This document shows, piece after piece, positions 9,882 to 18,474 of a stretch of 64,000 bases of DNA. The notes under the pieces were generated by a model that had not been told where the DNA came from, did no database searches, and saw only the letters and a list, made by a program, of their open reading frames with translations. Both the position numbers and the translations under genes were made by a program. The stretch covers positions 1 through 64,000 of the IMG/VR virus record IMGVR_UViG_3300023184_000042; one strand, 5' to 3'. Position 1 is the stretch's first letter. Every line of letters starts with the position of its first letter. The DNA is from a virus.

Positions 9882-10399
9882 TGAGAGTTAATTTAGACAT
9901 ATCACAAAAACGAGAAACTAATTCAATACTACGACTTAGCGATGTACTCTTAAAGAAAAACTTTAACGCCTCTAACACAGTAATTATTTCAGTATCAGCT
10001 GATTATTCTAATATAGCAGGTCAGTTATTAAGACATTCATTGAGCTATGATGGAGAAATTTGTGATGGATTCAGCATAGACGTGCCTTATCCTGATGAAG
10101 TTTGGGACTCTATTTATATACGTGAGTTAGAGTCTTTGATGAATTTATACAAATACAAATTAACTAATAAAAAAATACTTTTAGTTGAAGCCGGAGTTAT
10201 CAGAGGTTCTAATTACAAATTCATTATAGATTATTTTAGAACTAATTTGAAACTTACTGAAGAAATTTATACATTAGCAGTGTATGAGAATATGCATTCA
10301 AAATTTGAATCAGACTTTGTAGGAGAATATTATAATGACGAAACTCAAGATTTAACATTTTGGTGGGAACGATATAACAAACATTGGAATAATGATTAA
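9881..10399 (+). CDS. phosphoribosyltransferase-fold-like protein
   Basis: KILLVEAGVIRGSN resembles a degenerate PRPP loop; C-terminal FWWE. Confidence 0.45.
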   Translation: MRVNLDISQKRETNSILRLSDVLLKKNFNASNTVIISVSADYSNIAGQLLRHSLSYDGEICDGFSIDVPYPDEVWDSIYIRELESLMNLYKYKLTNKKILLVEAGVIRGSNYKFIIDYFRTNLKLTEEIYTLAVYENMHSKFESDFVGEYYNDETQDLTFWWERYNKHWNND

Positions 10400-11360
10400 A
10401 CTTAAAGATTTATTAAAGGAATTAGAGTCCAAAGACAATTATTACATTGCTAATAATATCATGGAACCTAGATTAGCAGTGAGAAAATATTTCAATGCTA
10501 ATAAAGACTCTTTGGAAGTACTCATGGACCAAGATAGATGGCATGAAGTATATCAAATAATCTTTAAACAATTTCCACAATTTGAACAGCATATACTATC
10601 CACTGCAATTAATAACGAAGCTCTAGATGCAGGATGGCTGACTAAACAAGTTCCTGTAAATGCAAAATTATCTTTAGATGTTAATAGTGAAGTAGGAGAA
10701 ATTCAAACTACAATTTCTGCCTGGGTAGCTAAAAATAAAAATAAATTAATAAAGCTAGCAGACGATGATGACTATACAAAATTCTATCAAGCTGCTAGAG
10801 ATCAATTTCCTGGAGTTCAAGATGATAAACTTTTATTTGCTTTGAAAGTAGCAGCTGTGGAACATGATATTCATTATGATGTATTGACAGATGGAGTAAT
10901 CAAACTTAAAGATTTACTAAAGGAATCTAAATATTCAGAATTGTTATACCATGGAGGAGATGTAGATTTTAATAAACCAATGTACTTCTCTGATAGTTTA
11001 TTAATAGCTCAATCATATGGAAAGGTTACTGGGCCGTATCAAATCACTCTTGATAAATTCATTACATTAGATTTTAGTACTGCTGAAGGATGGTGGTTAC
11101 CTGAAATTGCTGCTAAAAATGAAGTTAAGAAATTTGGTATGAAACTAGAAGACTTTGATAAGTACAAGTCAAATCCAGAAATTAAATCTATAAAGACTGA
11201 CCATTTTGTTAGAGCAGCTATTGATAAAGGTTTTGATGGAATAGTCTTTCAAAATATTATGGACGCTGGAAGTCATCCAGTAAAAGGAAACAAATATATA
11301 CGAACAACTAATGTGGTTGCTATAAACCCTACAAAGTCAGCAAAATTAAAAAAAGACTGA
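10392..11360 (+). CDS. class A leader protein with a second internal leader and C-terminal ART-PolyVal-like domain
   Basis: MIKLKDLLKE and internal VIKLKDLLKE; LLYHGG..MYFSD..AQSYG..GFDGIVF. Confidence 0.55.
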   Translation: MIKLKDLLKELESKDNYYIANNIMEPRLAVRKYFNANKDSLEVLMDQDRWHEVYQIIFKQFPQFEQHILSTAINNEALDAGWLTKQVPVNAKLSLDVNSEVGEIQTTISAWVAKNKNKLIKLADDDDYTKFYQAARDQFPGVQDDKLLFALKVAAVEHDIHYDVLTDGVIKLKDLLKESKYSELLYHGGDVDFNKPMYFSDSLLIAQSYGKVTGPYQITLDKFITLDFSTAEGWWLPEIAAKNEVKKFGMKLEDFDKYKSNPEIKSIKTDHFVRAAIDKGFDGIVFQNIMDAGSHPVKGNKYIRTTNVVAINPTKSAKLKKD

Positions 11361-11364
11361 GATA

Positions 11365-11727
11365 ATGATAAAACTTAAAGATTTACTAAAAGAATCCTCA
11401 GCTCATGAACAAGCTTTGTCTTACACTGAAGAGCAAGCTCTTGAGTTAGCACATAAAAATTGGAGTACATTTACTGGTAAAGTATGTAATTCAGGATTTT
11501 GTGATATCTATGCATCTAAATTATCTAAATTACTTCCAGGATCTGTGCAATGGGACACTGAAGAACAAGGTCCTTCAGGCACTCTTGGTCACGTTTGGGT
11601 TGAGTTCAAAGGTAAATTCTATGACGCAGAGACGCCAGACGGAGTTACCGATTGGAAACGATTGCCGTGGATGCAGGAGTTTTTCAAGGCTAAAAAGCAA
11701 TATCCAAAAGATATTAAAAAGCTATAA
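11365..11727 (+). CDS. class A leader protein, papain/transglutaminase-like Cys-His-Asp
   Basis: NSGFCDIYA...GHVWV...FYDAE. Confidence 0.55.
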   Translation: MIKLKDLLKESSAHEQALSYTEEQALELAHKNWSTFTGKVCNSGFCDIYASKLSKLLPGSVQWDTEEQGPSGTLGHVWVEFKGKFYDAETPDGVTDWKRLPWMQEFFKAKKQYPKDIKKL

Positions 11728-11757
11728 ATAAAATACTTAAATATTTATATTAAATAA

Positions 11758-11789
11758 TTTGGTAAACCAAAAGAAATGTCTTATCTTTA
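11758..11789 (+). promoter_or_regulatory. Bacteroidota-type promoter TTWGG-N19-TATCTTTA (representative of at least 19 copies)
   Basis: same spacing at 11758, 16788, 17107, 18417, 21360, 22922, 23419, 25733, 27654, 28561, 33726, 34808, 36567, 38263, 40401, 41999, 43724, 44001, 49469. Confidence 0.8.
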
Positions 11790-11807
11790 TATAAAGAAAT
11801 AAAAACT

Positions 11808-13202
11808 ATGAAAAAATCGGAATTAAGAGAGCTTATCAGAGAGCAAGTTCGAACTTTAATCAAAGAGGCTAGCGTATCTCAAGAAGCCTATACAATTCAC
11901 AACATAACAAAATGTGGGCAAGATGCCGCTCAAAATTTTATTGATGACAATAAATTAGACGGTAAAAAGTTAGCTGCTTACGTTAGACAACACTCAAACT
12001 CAAAAGAAAAGTATGATGTTCGAGACATTATTGCTGGTACAGGAGTAGGAGCTAACGTTGGATTTAAATCTAGATTTGTTAAACAATTCAAAGAATCTGT
12101 AATTAAAGAAGCTAAAGAATATTCTTTTACTTTTGACTATAATACAGATGATGATGATATTGAATACATCAACGACTTATTAAAAAAAGCTAGAGTAAAT
12201 GCAACGGCAGAGGCGGGAACGTTTGATGATGAAATGGTTGTCAAAGCTTTAAATGCAATTGAATTGAATAAAGCTAAAAAAGCAATTAAAGCTGATGGAT
12301 TTGAAATCAATGAAGCTGTGATTAATGAAAATGAGCATCTTGATTTATCAAAATGGAAAATAGGAGACAATGTTGAGTTTTCTAATGGTGAAATTTGGAA
12401 AGTAGCAAAGCCAGGATATAAAAAAGCAAATGACTCTATATTTTTAGCTCCATTCAATGCCATTGCAAAGAAAGGACATATTTCACTTGCAATTGAATTT
12501 ACGGCAGATGAATTAACAAATACAGTGACAGAGTCTGTACTTAAAGAAGCTGATATGACTAGATTTTATGACGGGTTTATTGTTCTTGACGGCAAAACAA
12601 AAAAGACATACAAATTTAAGTATATTAAAGGCAGAAAAAATACTGACGTGGAAAATGAAGCTTTTGCTAAAATAATGAAAGCAACTGGTTCTCCAAGATC
12701 AAATTTCGGAGTGCATGGGTTTGTTAAAAAAGGACAATTCGATACAGACAAAACACCTGTATTTACAGAGTCTGTGCTTAAAGAAGACGCGGGAATGGTT
12801 ATTGATGTAGCGATGGGCGTTGCAGTAGGCTTAATGGGTTTATGGGCATTAGTTCAAAGTGCACCTTTAGTAGGTAGAGTATTTGGGGATGCTGCAGAGT
12901 ATTTAGCTAATAAATCTGAAAAGAAAGCTAAATTGGCATTGAAAAATCAAAGAAAAGAAACCATAGCTCCTATCATTGCCAAATTTAAAAATGACAAGCA
13001 GTTAGCCGATATGTATCAAAACTTAACTCCATATAGCGCAGCAGCTAAATTAGGTAGCAGTCAAGCCGGACTTAAAGCACAACAAGGAAGAGTGAACCAA
13101 TTAACAAAAATTGGTAAATACATTAAATCTAAATTAACTCCTGAAGAATTAGTATATTTCAAAGATATATCTGCAATGTTAAGAGACGGAGATTTAAAAT
13201 AA
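11808..13202 (+). CDS. class B leader multi-module protein with internal ESV(I/L)KE linkers
   Basis: MKKSELRELIREQV; KESVIKEA, INEAVINE, TESVLKEA, TESVLKED. Confidence 0.65.
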   Translation: MKKSELRELIREQVRTLIKEASVSQEAYTIHNITKCGQDAAQNFIDDNKLDGKKLAAYVRQHSNSKEKYDVRDIIAGTGVGANVGFKSRFVKQFKESVIKEAKEYSFTFDYNTDDDDIEYINDLLKKARVNATAEAGTFDDEMVVKALNAIELNKAKKAIKADGFEINEAVINENEHLDLSKWKIGDNVEFSNGEIWKVAKPGYKKANDSIFLAPFNAIAKKGHISLAIEFTADELTNTVTESVLKEADMTRFYDGFIVLDGKTKKTYKFKYIKGRKNTDVENEAFAKIMKATGSPRSNFGVHGFVKKGQFDTDKTPVFTESVLKEDAGMVIDVAMGVAVGLMGLWALVQSAPLVGRVFGDAAEYLANKSEKKAKLALKNQRKETIAPIIAKFKNDKQLADMYQNLTPYSAAAKLGSSQAGLKAQQGRVNQLTKIGKYIKSKLTPEELVYFKDISAMLRDGDLK

Positions 13203-13208
13203 GCTATT

Positions 13209-13424
13209 ATGAAAAACACAGAATTAAAAGCTCTTATAAGAGAAGAAGTTAGAAAAGCGCTAAACGAAGACATTGATATTCACAATGATGAATCTGCTAT
13301 GAAAGCTCTAGAAGATATCGCAGTTAACATGACAAAGTGGAAAGGCTCTGAAGGAGCTCATTATACAGATTTACTAGAGAAAGTAATAGACTTTTTGAAA
13401 TACGGTAACCATAGAACAAATTAA
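13209..13424 (+). CDS. class B leader protein
   Basis: MKNTELKALIREEVRKALNE. Confidence 0.6.
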   Translation: MKNTELKALIREEVRKALNEDIDIHNDESAMKALEDIAVNMTKWKGSEGAHYTDLLEKVIDFLKYGNHRTN

Positions 13425-13425
13425 A

Positions 13426-13905
13426 ATGAAAAAATCAGAATTACAATCTCTTATAAGAGAAGAGATAAAGAAAACTCTTAATGAAGAACCTTCAGGTGCC
13501 TGGAAATCATTTAATACTCCAGCAGATCAAAATTTCATGGCAGATGTTAAACAAGAAATTTCCAATTGGAATTGGGTTGCAAACATTGCAAAAGAAGCTG
13601 ATAAGTCAAGACAAATGTTAATTAAAATTTTAGTTAAACTAGGATATGATAATTTTGATACTTCAGATATGGGCTTTGAAATTAGAGGTTTGAATTCAAA
13701 TGAAGGGCCTTTTAAATACAGAGGAGCTATCTTTTGCGATGTAAATAAAGGAAGACAAGCTGATGTTGATTATAAAAAAATACAAAACGACCCAGACTTT
13801 AAAAAGTATTTTGAGTCGATAGGACCTGTAACTTGGGTAAGTCAGCCAACCAATAAGAAATACGCTTCCATGATTATAATGAATAGATCTAAACTACCAA
13901 ATTAA
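13426..13905 (+). CDS. class B leader protein
   Basis: MKKSELQSLIREEIKKTLNE. Confidence 0.6.
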   Translation: MKKSELQSLIREEIKKTLNEEPSGAWKSFNTPADQNFMADVKQEISNWNWVANIAKEADKSRQMLIKILVKLGYDNFDTSDMGFEIRGLNSNEGPFKYRGAIFCDVNKGRQADVDYKKIQNDPDFKKYFESIGPVTWVSQPTNKKYASMIIMNRSKLPN

Positions 13906-13906
13906 A

Positions 13907-14488
13907 ATGAAAAAATCAGAATTAAGATCTTTAATTAGAGAATGTGTATGTGATGCTTTGAAAGAAGTAAACACAACTGGATGGGAAACCTATTCAGATT
14001 CACAGCTTGAAGCTAAGTTCAAAGACTTTGAAAGAAGAAAATATGACTTAACTGCGCAAGCTTCTAAAGATTTCATTGATTTGAAAAAAGAAATTTCTAA
14101 TAGAAATTTAGAAGAATCTAAAATAAACGAGGTAGCAGTTACCAATGCAGTTTCAATTAAACAAATTCTTAAGAATTCTTTTAGATTTAAAAGAACTCCT
14201 AGAGGAGGTATGTTAGGGATACCATTAGGTAACAACAACAATGATGATATCGAGTCTAATTCAATTGCAATGCAAGGCATCGCTAATTTAGTAAAGCAAT
14301 TAAAGAATACAAAAGAAATGAATGTAGTATCTGTACTGCAATCAGGTCCTGCAGATATTGAGTTTACAGTTAAAACAGACACGGCTAGATATACAGTTAA
14401 TTTACGTGCCGGGACAGTAAGAAATTCTTTAATATCTAATTCATCAAGCTTTTGGATGCTTTTAAACTCTATCAAAAAATCTAAATAA
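13907..14488 (+). CDS. class B leader protein
   Basis: MKKSELRSLIRECVCDALKE; internal ESKINE. Confidence 0.6.
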   Translation: MKKSELRSLIRECVCDALKEVNTTGWETYSDSQLEAKFKDFERRKYDLTAQASKDFIDLKKEISNRNLEESKINEVAVTNAVSIKQILKNSFRFKRTPRGGMLGIPLGNNNNDDIESNSIAMQGIANLVKQLKNTKEMNVVSVLQSGPADIEFTVKTDTARYTVNLRAGTVRNSLISNSSSFWMLLNSIKKSK

Positions 14489-14489
14489 A

Positions 14490-14804
14490 ATGAAAAAATC
14501 AGAATTAAGATCTCTTATAAGAGAACAAGTAAAAGCTATTCTTAAAGAAGCTACTATAGATACTATAAACTATACAAAAGCAATTAAGTTTTTCAATCAA
14601 ATGAAAAGAGAATATTTTGAAGATGAAGATGCTCAAGAAGATTTCATTAATGAAATTGCTACAATTGCGAAGCAATTAGGTATTACTGAAGATGTTACCA
14701 ATGATGATATAATTGCAGGATTTTTAGAAGATGTACAAGATGTAGACGTTACTGCTGTCATTATGGTAAAAATGTTAAAGAAATTCTTATCAGAATTACA
14801 ATAA
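14490..14804 (+). CDS. class B leader protein, acidic helical
   Basis: MKKSELRSLIREQVKAILKE. Confidence 0.6.
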   Translation: MKKSELRSLIREQVKAILKEATIDTINYTKAIKFFNQMKREYFEDEDAQEDFINEIATIAKQLGITEDVTNDDIIAGFLEDVQDVDVTAVIMVKMLKKFLSELQ

Positions 14805-14808
14805 CTGC

Positions 14809-15732
14809 ATGAAAAAGACAGAGTTACAACAACTTATCAGAGAAGAAGTTCGTAAAGTACTTAAAGAAGCTATATCTATAGATTCTGCTAACTTTTCTAA
14901 TCTTGCTAAAGTCATTAAAAAATTACGAGATGACAATGCTACGCAGCAAGACTTAGCAAAAGAGTTAAGTGTTATAGGTAAACAATTAGGACTTCCAGAA
15001 GATATTGAAAAGGAATCTGATTTAATCGATAAGTTGGAACTTGCTATTAATACTGATGACTTTGGTATAGGAGATGCAATAGATGTAGTTAAAGATTGGT
15101 TTCTTGATAATTTTATTAATGCTAAAACGTCTACTAGAAATATAGCAGAAAATCCTAAAAATACAATTACAGAGGCTGAGGTTAGAAGTTTATGGAGTAG
15201 TTTAAACACTGTAGATTTTATACAAAATAATCGCACTTTAAAAGGAGTAAATAACTTAAGTATAGAAGATTTATCTAAAGTGTTTAAATTGCAAGATGCT
15301 AAATTTTACTTTCAAAAAACTCAAGCTACTGGTAAAACAAAGACTGAATTTATTTACAGTAAATCTGCAAATGTACTTATCAATGTTGGTATTCCATTTT
15401 CAGGAACTGCCGAACCAACTATAATGCTAAAATCTGATTCTCAATCTAAATTAGATCAGCTTAAAAAATTATTTTACGAGTCGAAGTTTTATGATGAAGA
15501 GCATAATCAAAAAAATGCAAATGGTCAGATATCTAGTACAAATGCCAATGCAAAGACCATGATGTCTTACATGTTAAATGCCGTTCCAAAAGATAAGCTT
15601 GATGGTATATTAGATAAGCTATATGACTCATGGACAAAATTAAGTATCGATACTAGATTAAATAAATATAAATTAGATCCTACGAAATACGCAGTTGAGT
15701 TTAATACTAAGTACAAAGAAACTCAAAAATAA
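14809..15732 (+). CDS. class B leader protein; N-part weakly similar to 14490..14804
   Basis: MKKTELQQLIREEVRKVLKE; IxKQLG shared. Confidence 0.6.
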   Translation: MKKTELQQLIREEVRKVLKEAISIDSANFSNLAKVIKKLRDDNATQQDLAKELSVIGKQLGLPEDIEKESDLIDKLELAINTDDFGIGDAIDVVKDWFLDNFINAKTSTRNIAENPKNTITEAEVRSLWSSLNTVDFIQNNRTLKGVNNLSIEDLSKVFKLQDAKFYFQKTQATGKTKTEFIYSKSANVLINVGIPFSGTAEPTIMLKSDSQSKLDQLKKLFYESKFYDEEHNQKNANGQISSTNANAKTMMSYMLNAVPKDKLDGILDKLYDSWTKLSIDTRLNKYKLDPTKYAVEFNTKYKETQK

Positions 15733-15736
15733 TAAA

Positions 15737-16264
15737 ATGATACTTTTAAAAGATTTACTAACGGAGTCGACTGTAAGTAATGTTATAGAAAAATACATTA
15801 AATGGTCTAAACATGATATCTTAAACTCATGGGGTTCATGTGCCTTCTATACACAAGACTTTTTAAAATTCTGTAAAGCAACTGGCCAGTCTTATAAAGT
15901 AGTTTACCTTCCGCTAGCTAACCCTACTTCTGATGATCCTGAAGATCATATCATACCGATGTACAATAATACGTTAATTGACTTTGCATACGTAATAGGC
16001 AAAGGAGTTTCTAAACATGATCGAACAGGTACTCCTCCAGGTAAGATAACTTCTTCATGGCCATTAGTAAGTAAAGCGTCTCCTAAGCTTTTCGAAAAAC
16101 AAGGAATGTATGGCAAATTAGGATATTTAAAAGATGCAAAATATGCTGATTGGGAATATGATGAATTTCTTGAATTAAAGAAACGCAGTTATCCTATTAT
16201 ATTAAACAAAGTACCTAGTTTCTCACAAGACTCTATTAAAGACGGAACTCCTGATTTAAAATAA
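15737..16264 (+). CDS. class A leader protein, papain/transglutaminase-like (start revised from 15695)
   Basis: ATG 15737 gives MILLKDLLTE; WGSCAFYT...DHIIP...LIDF. Confidence 0.55.
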   Translation: MILLKDLLTESTVSNVIEKYIKWSKHDILNSWGSCAFYTQDFLKFCKATGQSYKVVYLPLANPTSDDPEDHIIPMYNNTLIDFAYVIGKGVSKHDRTGTPPGKITSSWPLVSKASPKLFEKQGMYGKLGYLKDAKYADWEYDEFLELKKRSYPIILNKVPSFSQDSIKDGTPDLK

Positions 16265-16266
16265 TC

Positions 16267-16299
16267 GAGCTCAAAGATTCCTTTGGGCTCTTCTACTGA
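16267..16299 (+). terminator. terminator ending the late block
   Basis: GAGCTCAAAG/CTTTGGGCTC stem followed by TTCTACTGA. Confidence 0.65.
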
Positions 16300-16760
16300 A
16301 TAAAATCAACAGAATGACGCGGGAAAGGGTTGACGAAGTCAGGCCCTGTATTAGCAAAATATATATACAACTACACGTATATATGCTCGTACTCAATATA
16401 CAGATACTACATATACACTTGATACAGATAATACTCTATATACATGAACTACAGCAAAAGACATAGAAATTGATATAAATCACTCTATATTTAGTATTGA
16501 TTAATTTAAGAATCAGACTCGTATAGGAAAAGGCAATTACTAGATCCTTATTAGACACATCTAGCATATACGGTAATCTATATAGGTGACACGTAGACGG
16601 TTTTAAGGCTATTGAGAATAATGGTTCGCAGATAGATTTTTCTGTCGCGACAATCGAATTTTTATATAGCGGTTTTCTTTTACTTCGCTTCGCTCGTATA
16701 TATAGGTTCTTCATATATGTTTATCGCTCTTATATATAGATCTTTATATAACGAGCGTAA
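16300..16760. other. non-coding TATATA-rich region (candidate genome end, packaging site or origin)
   Basis: no credible ORF, many TATATA/ATATAC units, inverted repeat CGCTCGT (16691) / ACGAGCG (16751). Confidence 0.45.
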
Positions 16761-16846
16761 AATACTTTTAAAATTTCTTTCAAATGATTTGGTACTTAGG
16801 TTTATTTACCTTATCTTTATATATAGGAATTAGAAATAATATTATT

Positions 16847-17089
16847 ATGAAATTAGTAGACATTGATAGATTAGACGGTTCAAGTAAGGTTAATGATTTG
16901 CGTAACGCTATCGATCGTATATATAGTGATAATTACTCTTCCACTAATCGATCTCGATTAGTTAAGGTATCTGATTGTGGTGAGTATTGTTATACTGAGG
17001 AAGTTCCTTCAGAGTATAATCAGAGAGTCCCGAAACCAGGCCTCTCAAAACAACCTTCTTGGTTGGTATGGAATGGAATATTTTTTTAA
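16847..17089 (+). CDS. hypothetical early protein (start revised to ATG 16847)
   Basis: the annotated upstream part is the promoter itself; MKLVDIDRLDG. Confidence 0.55.
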   Translation: MKLVDIDRLDGSSKVNDLRNAIDRIYSDNYSSTNRSRLVKVSDCGEYCYTEEVPSEYNQRVPKPGLSKQPSWLVWNGIFF

Positions 17090-17162
17090 AAATAGTTTGA
17101 AAAAGATTAGGATTGTAGGATTCTTTTCATTATCTTTATGTATAGAAATTAATTAATAATAA

Positions 17163-18344
17163 ATGACAAATTTTATGAAAGCAGTTGTAACTCAGGAAGG
17201 TAGATTTTTAGTAGCTAGGTTGGCAGATGGATCGGATGTATCCAATCAAATTGATAGAGATATCAGAAGAAAGGCAGTTGAATTAGGTGTCGAGTGTATA
17301 TATACCGATGGCGAATGGTCTGTGCCTGGATACTCTAAACCGGCAGGTGGTTTTAGTTTTGCTAGAGCAACAATGCCAGAGCCAGAGATTATTGAGATTG
17401 TTGAACCTGACGCGGGTCATAAGGAAGTAACCGACTTCATCCATAAGTCTGTGGGTCTTAAGCCTCAGTCTTTGATTATGAATGATTTGAAGTGGAAGTA
17501 TTTAGTTCGCTCCGCTATGCGTGGAAGAAATATTATGATGACGGGTCCTGCAGGTACTGGTAAAACCATAGCTGCTAAGGAGTTAGTGAAGGCGTTAGAG
17601 CGTCCAGACTTTTATTTTAATTTAGGTGCCACGCAAGATCCCCGAGCTACCTTAATTGGTAATACTCACTTCTCCAAAGAAGATGGAACTTATTTTGCGG
17701 AATCGTTGTTCGTTAAAGCGATCCAAACCGAAAATGCCGTTATACTTTTAGATGAGTTGTCGAGAGCGCATCCAGAGGCTTGGAATATCTTAATGACTGT
17801 ATTGGATTTGAACCAAAGGTATTTAAGATTAGATGAGAAAGATGGTGCTCCGACTATTAAGGTTGCTCCAGGTGTATCCTTTATAGCGACTGCGAATATT
17901 GGTAATGAGTATACTTCCACTCGTATTATGGACCGTGCCCTTCAGGATCGTTTCATTACCATAGAGATGGACCAGTTAGATGAGATTACAGAGTTTGAGT
18001 TATTGAAGATGAAATATCCTTTAGCACACCAGCCATCACTTCAGGCTGTGGCAGAGATAGCTTCAACCACTCGTAAAGATATGAAGTCAGCCTCACCGAA
18101 GTTATCTAGTTGTTTATCAACCAGAGCATGTGTTGAGATCGCTTCACTTATATTTGATGGCTTTTCATTGACAGAAGCCGCAGAGGTTGCTATTTATCCT
18201 TTCTTCTCTGAAGACGGTGGTGTGGACTCTGAAAGAACCTATGTGAAGCAGATAGTTCAAAAGTATTGTGTAAACCCTGAGACAGAAGGGGAAGATTTAT
18301 TTGGAGCGGATGATGTCGCTAAAGACGCCTCAATGCCGTTCTAA
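17163..18344 (+). CDS. MoxR-family AAA+ ATPase (CbbQ/NirQ/NorQ/CobS-like)
   Basis: GPAGTGKT, ILLDELSRA, IATAN, MDRALQDRF, LSTR. Confidence 0.9.
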   Translation: MTNFMKAVVTQEGRFLVARLADGSDVSNQIDRDIRRKAVELGVECIYTDGEWSVPGYSKPAGGFSFARATMPEPEIIEIVEPDAGHKEVTDFIHKSVGLKPQSLIMNDLKWKYLVRSAMRGRNIMMTGPAGTGKTIAAKELVKALERPDFYFNLGATQDPRATLIGNTHFSKEDGTYFAESLFVKAIQTENAVILLDELSRAHPEAWNILMTVLDLNQRYLRLDEKDGAPTIKVAPGVSFIATANIGNEYTSTRIMDRALQDRFITIEMDQLDEITEFELLKMKYPLAHQPSLQAVAEIASTTRKDMKSASPKLSSCLSTRACVEIASLIFDGFSLTEAAEVAIYPFFSEDGGVDSERTYVKQIVQKYCVNPETEGEDLFGADDVAKDASMPF

Positions 18345-18370
18345 TTATTTGTTAGTTTCTATCCGAAGAG

Positions 18371-18393
18371 TGGGGCCTGTCAGCCCCATTTTT
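18371..18393 (+). terminator. intrinsic terminator
   Basis: TGGGGC/GCCCCA stem plus TTTTT. Confidence 0.7.
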
Positions 18394-18474
18394 CATGTAA
18401 AATAATCACGAAATGATTAGGATCTTATTGAAATTCACCTTATCTTTATGTATAGAAATTAAATAATAGACAAT

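Noticed and set aside
16436-16714. 92-aa minus-strand ORF
   Set aside because: Lies in the TATATA repeat region with atypical composition and no promoter motif
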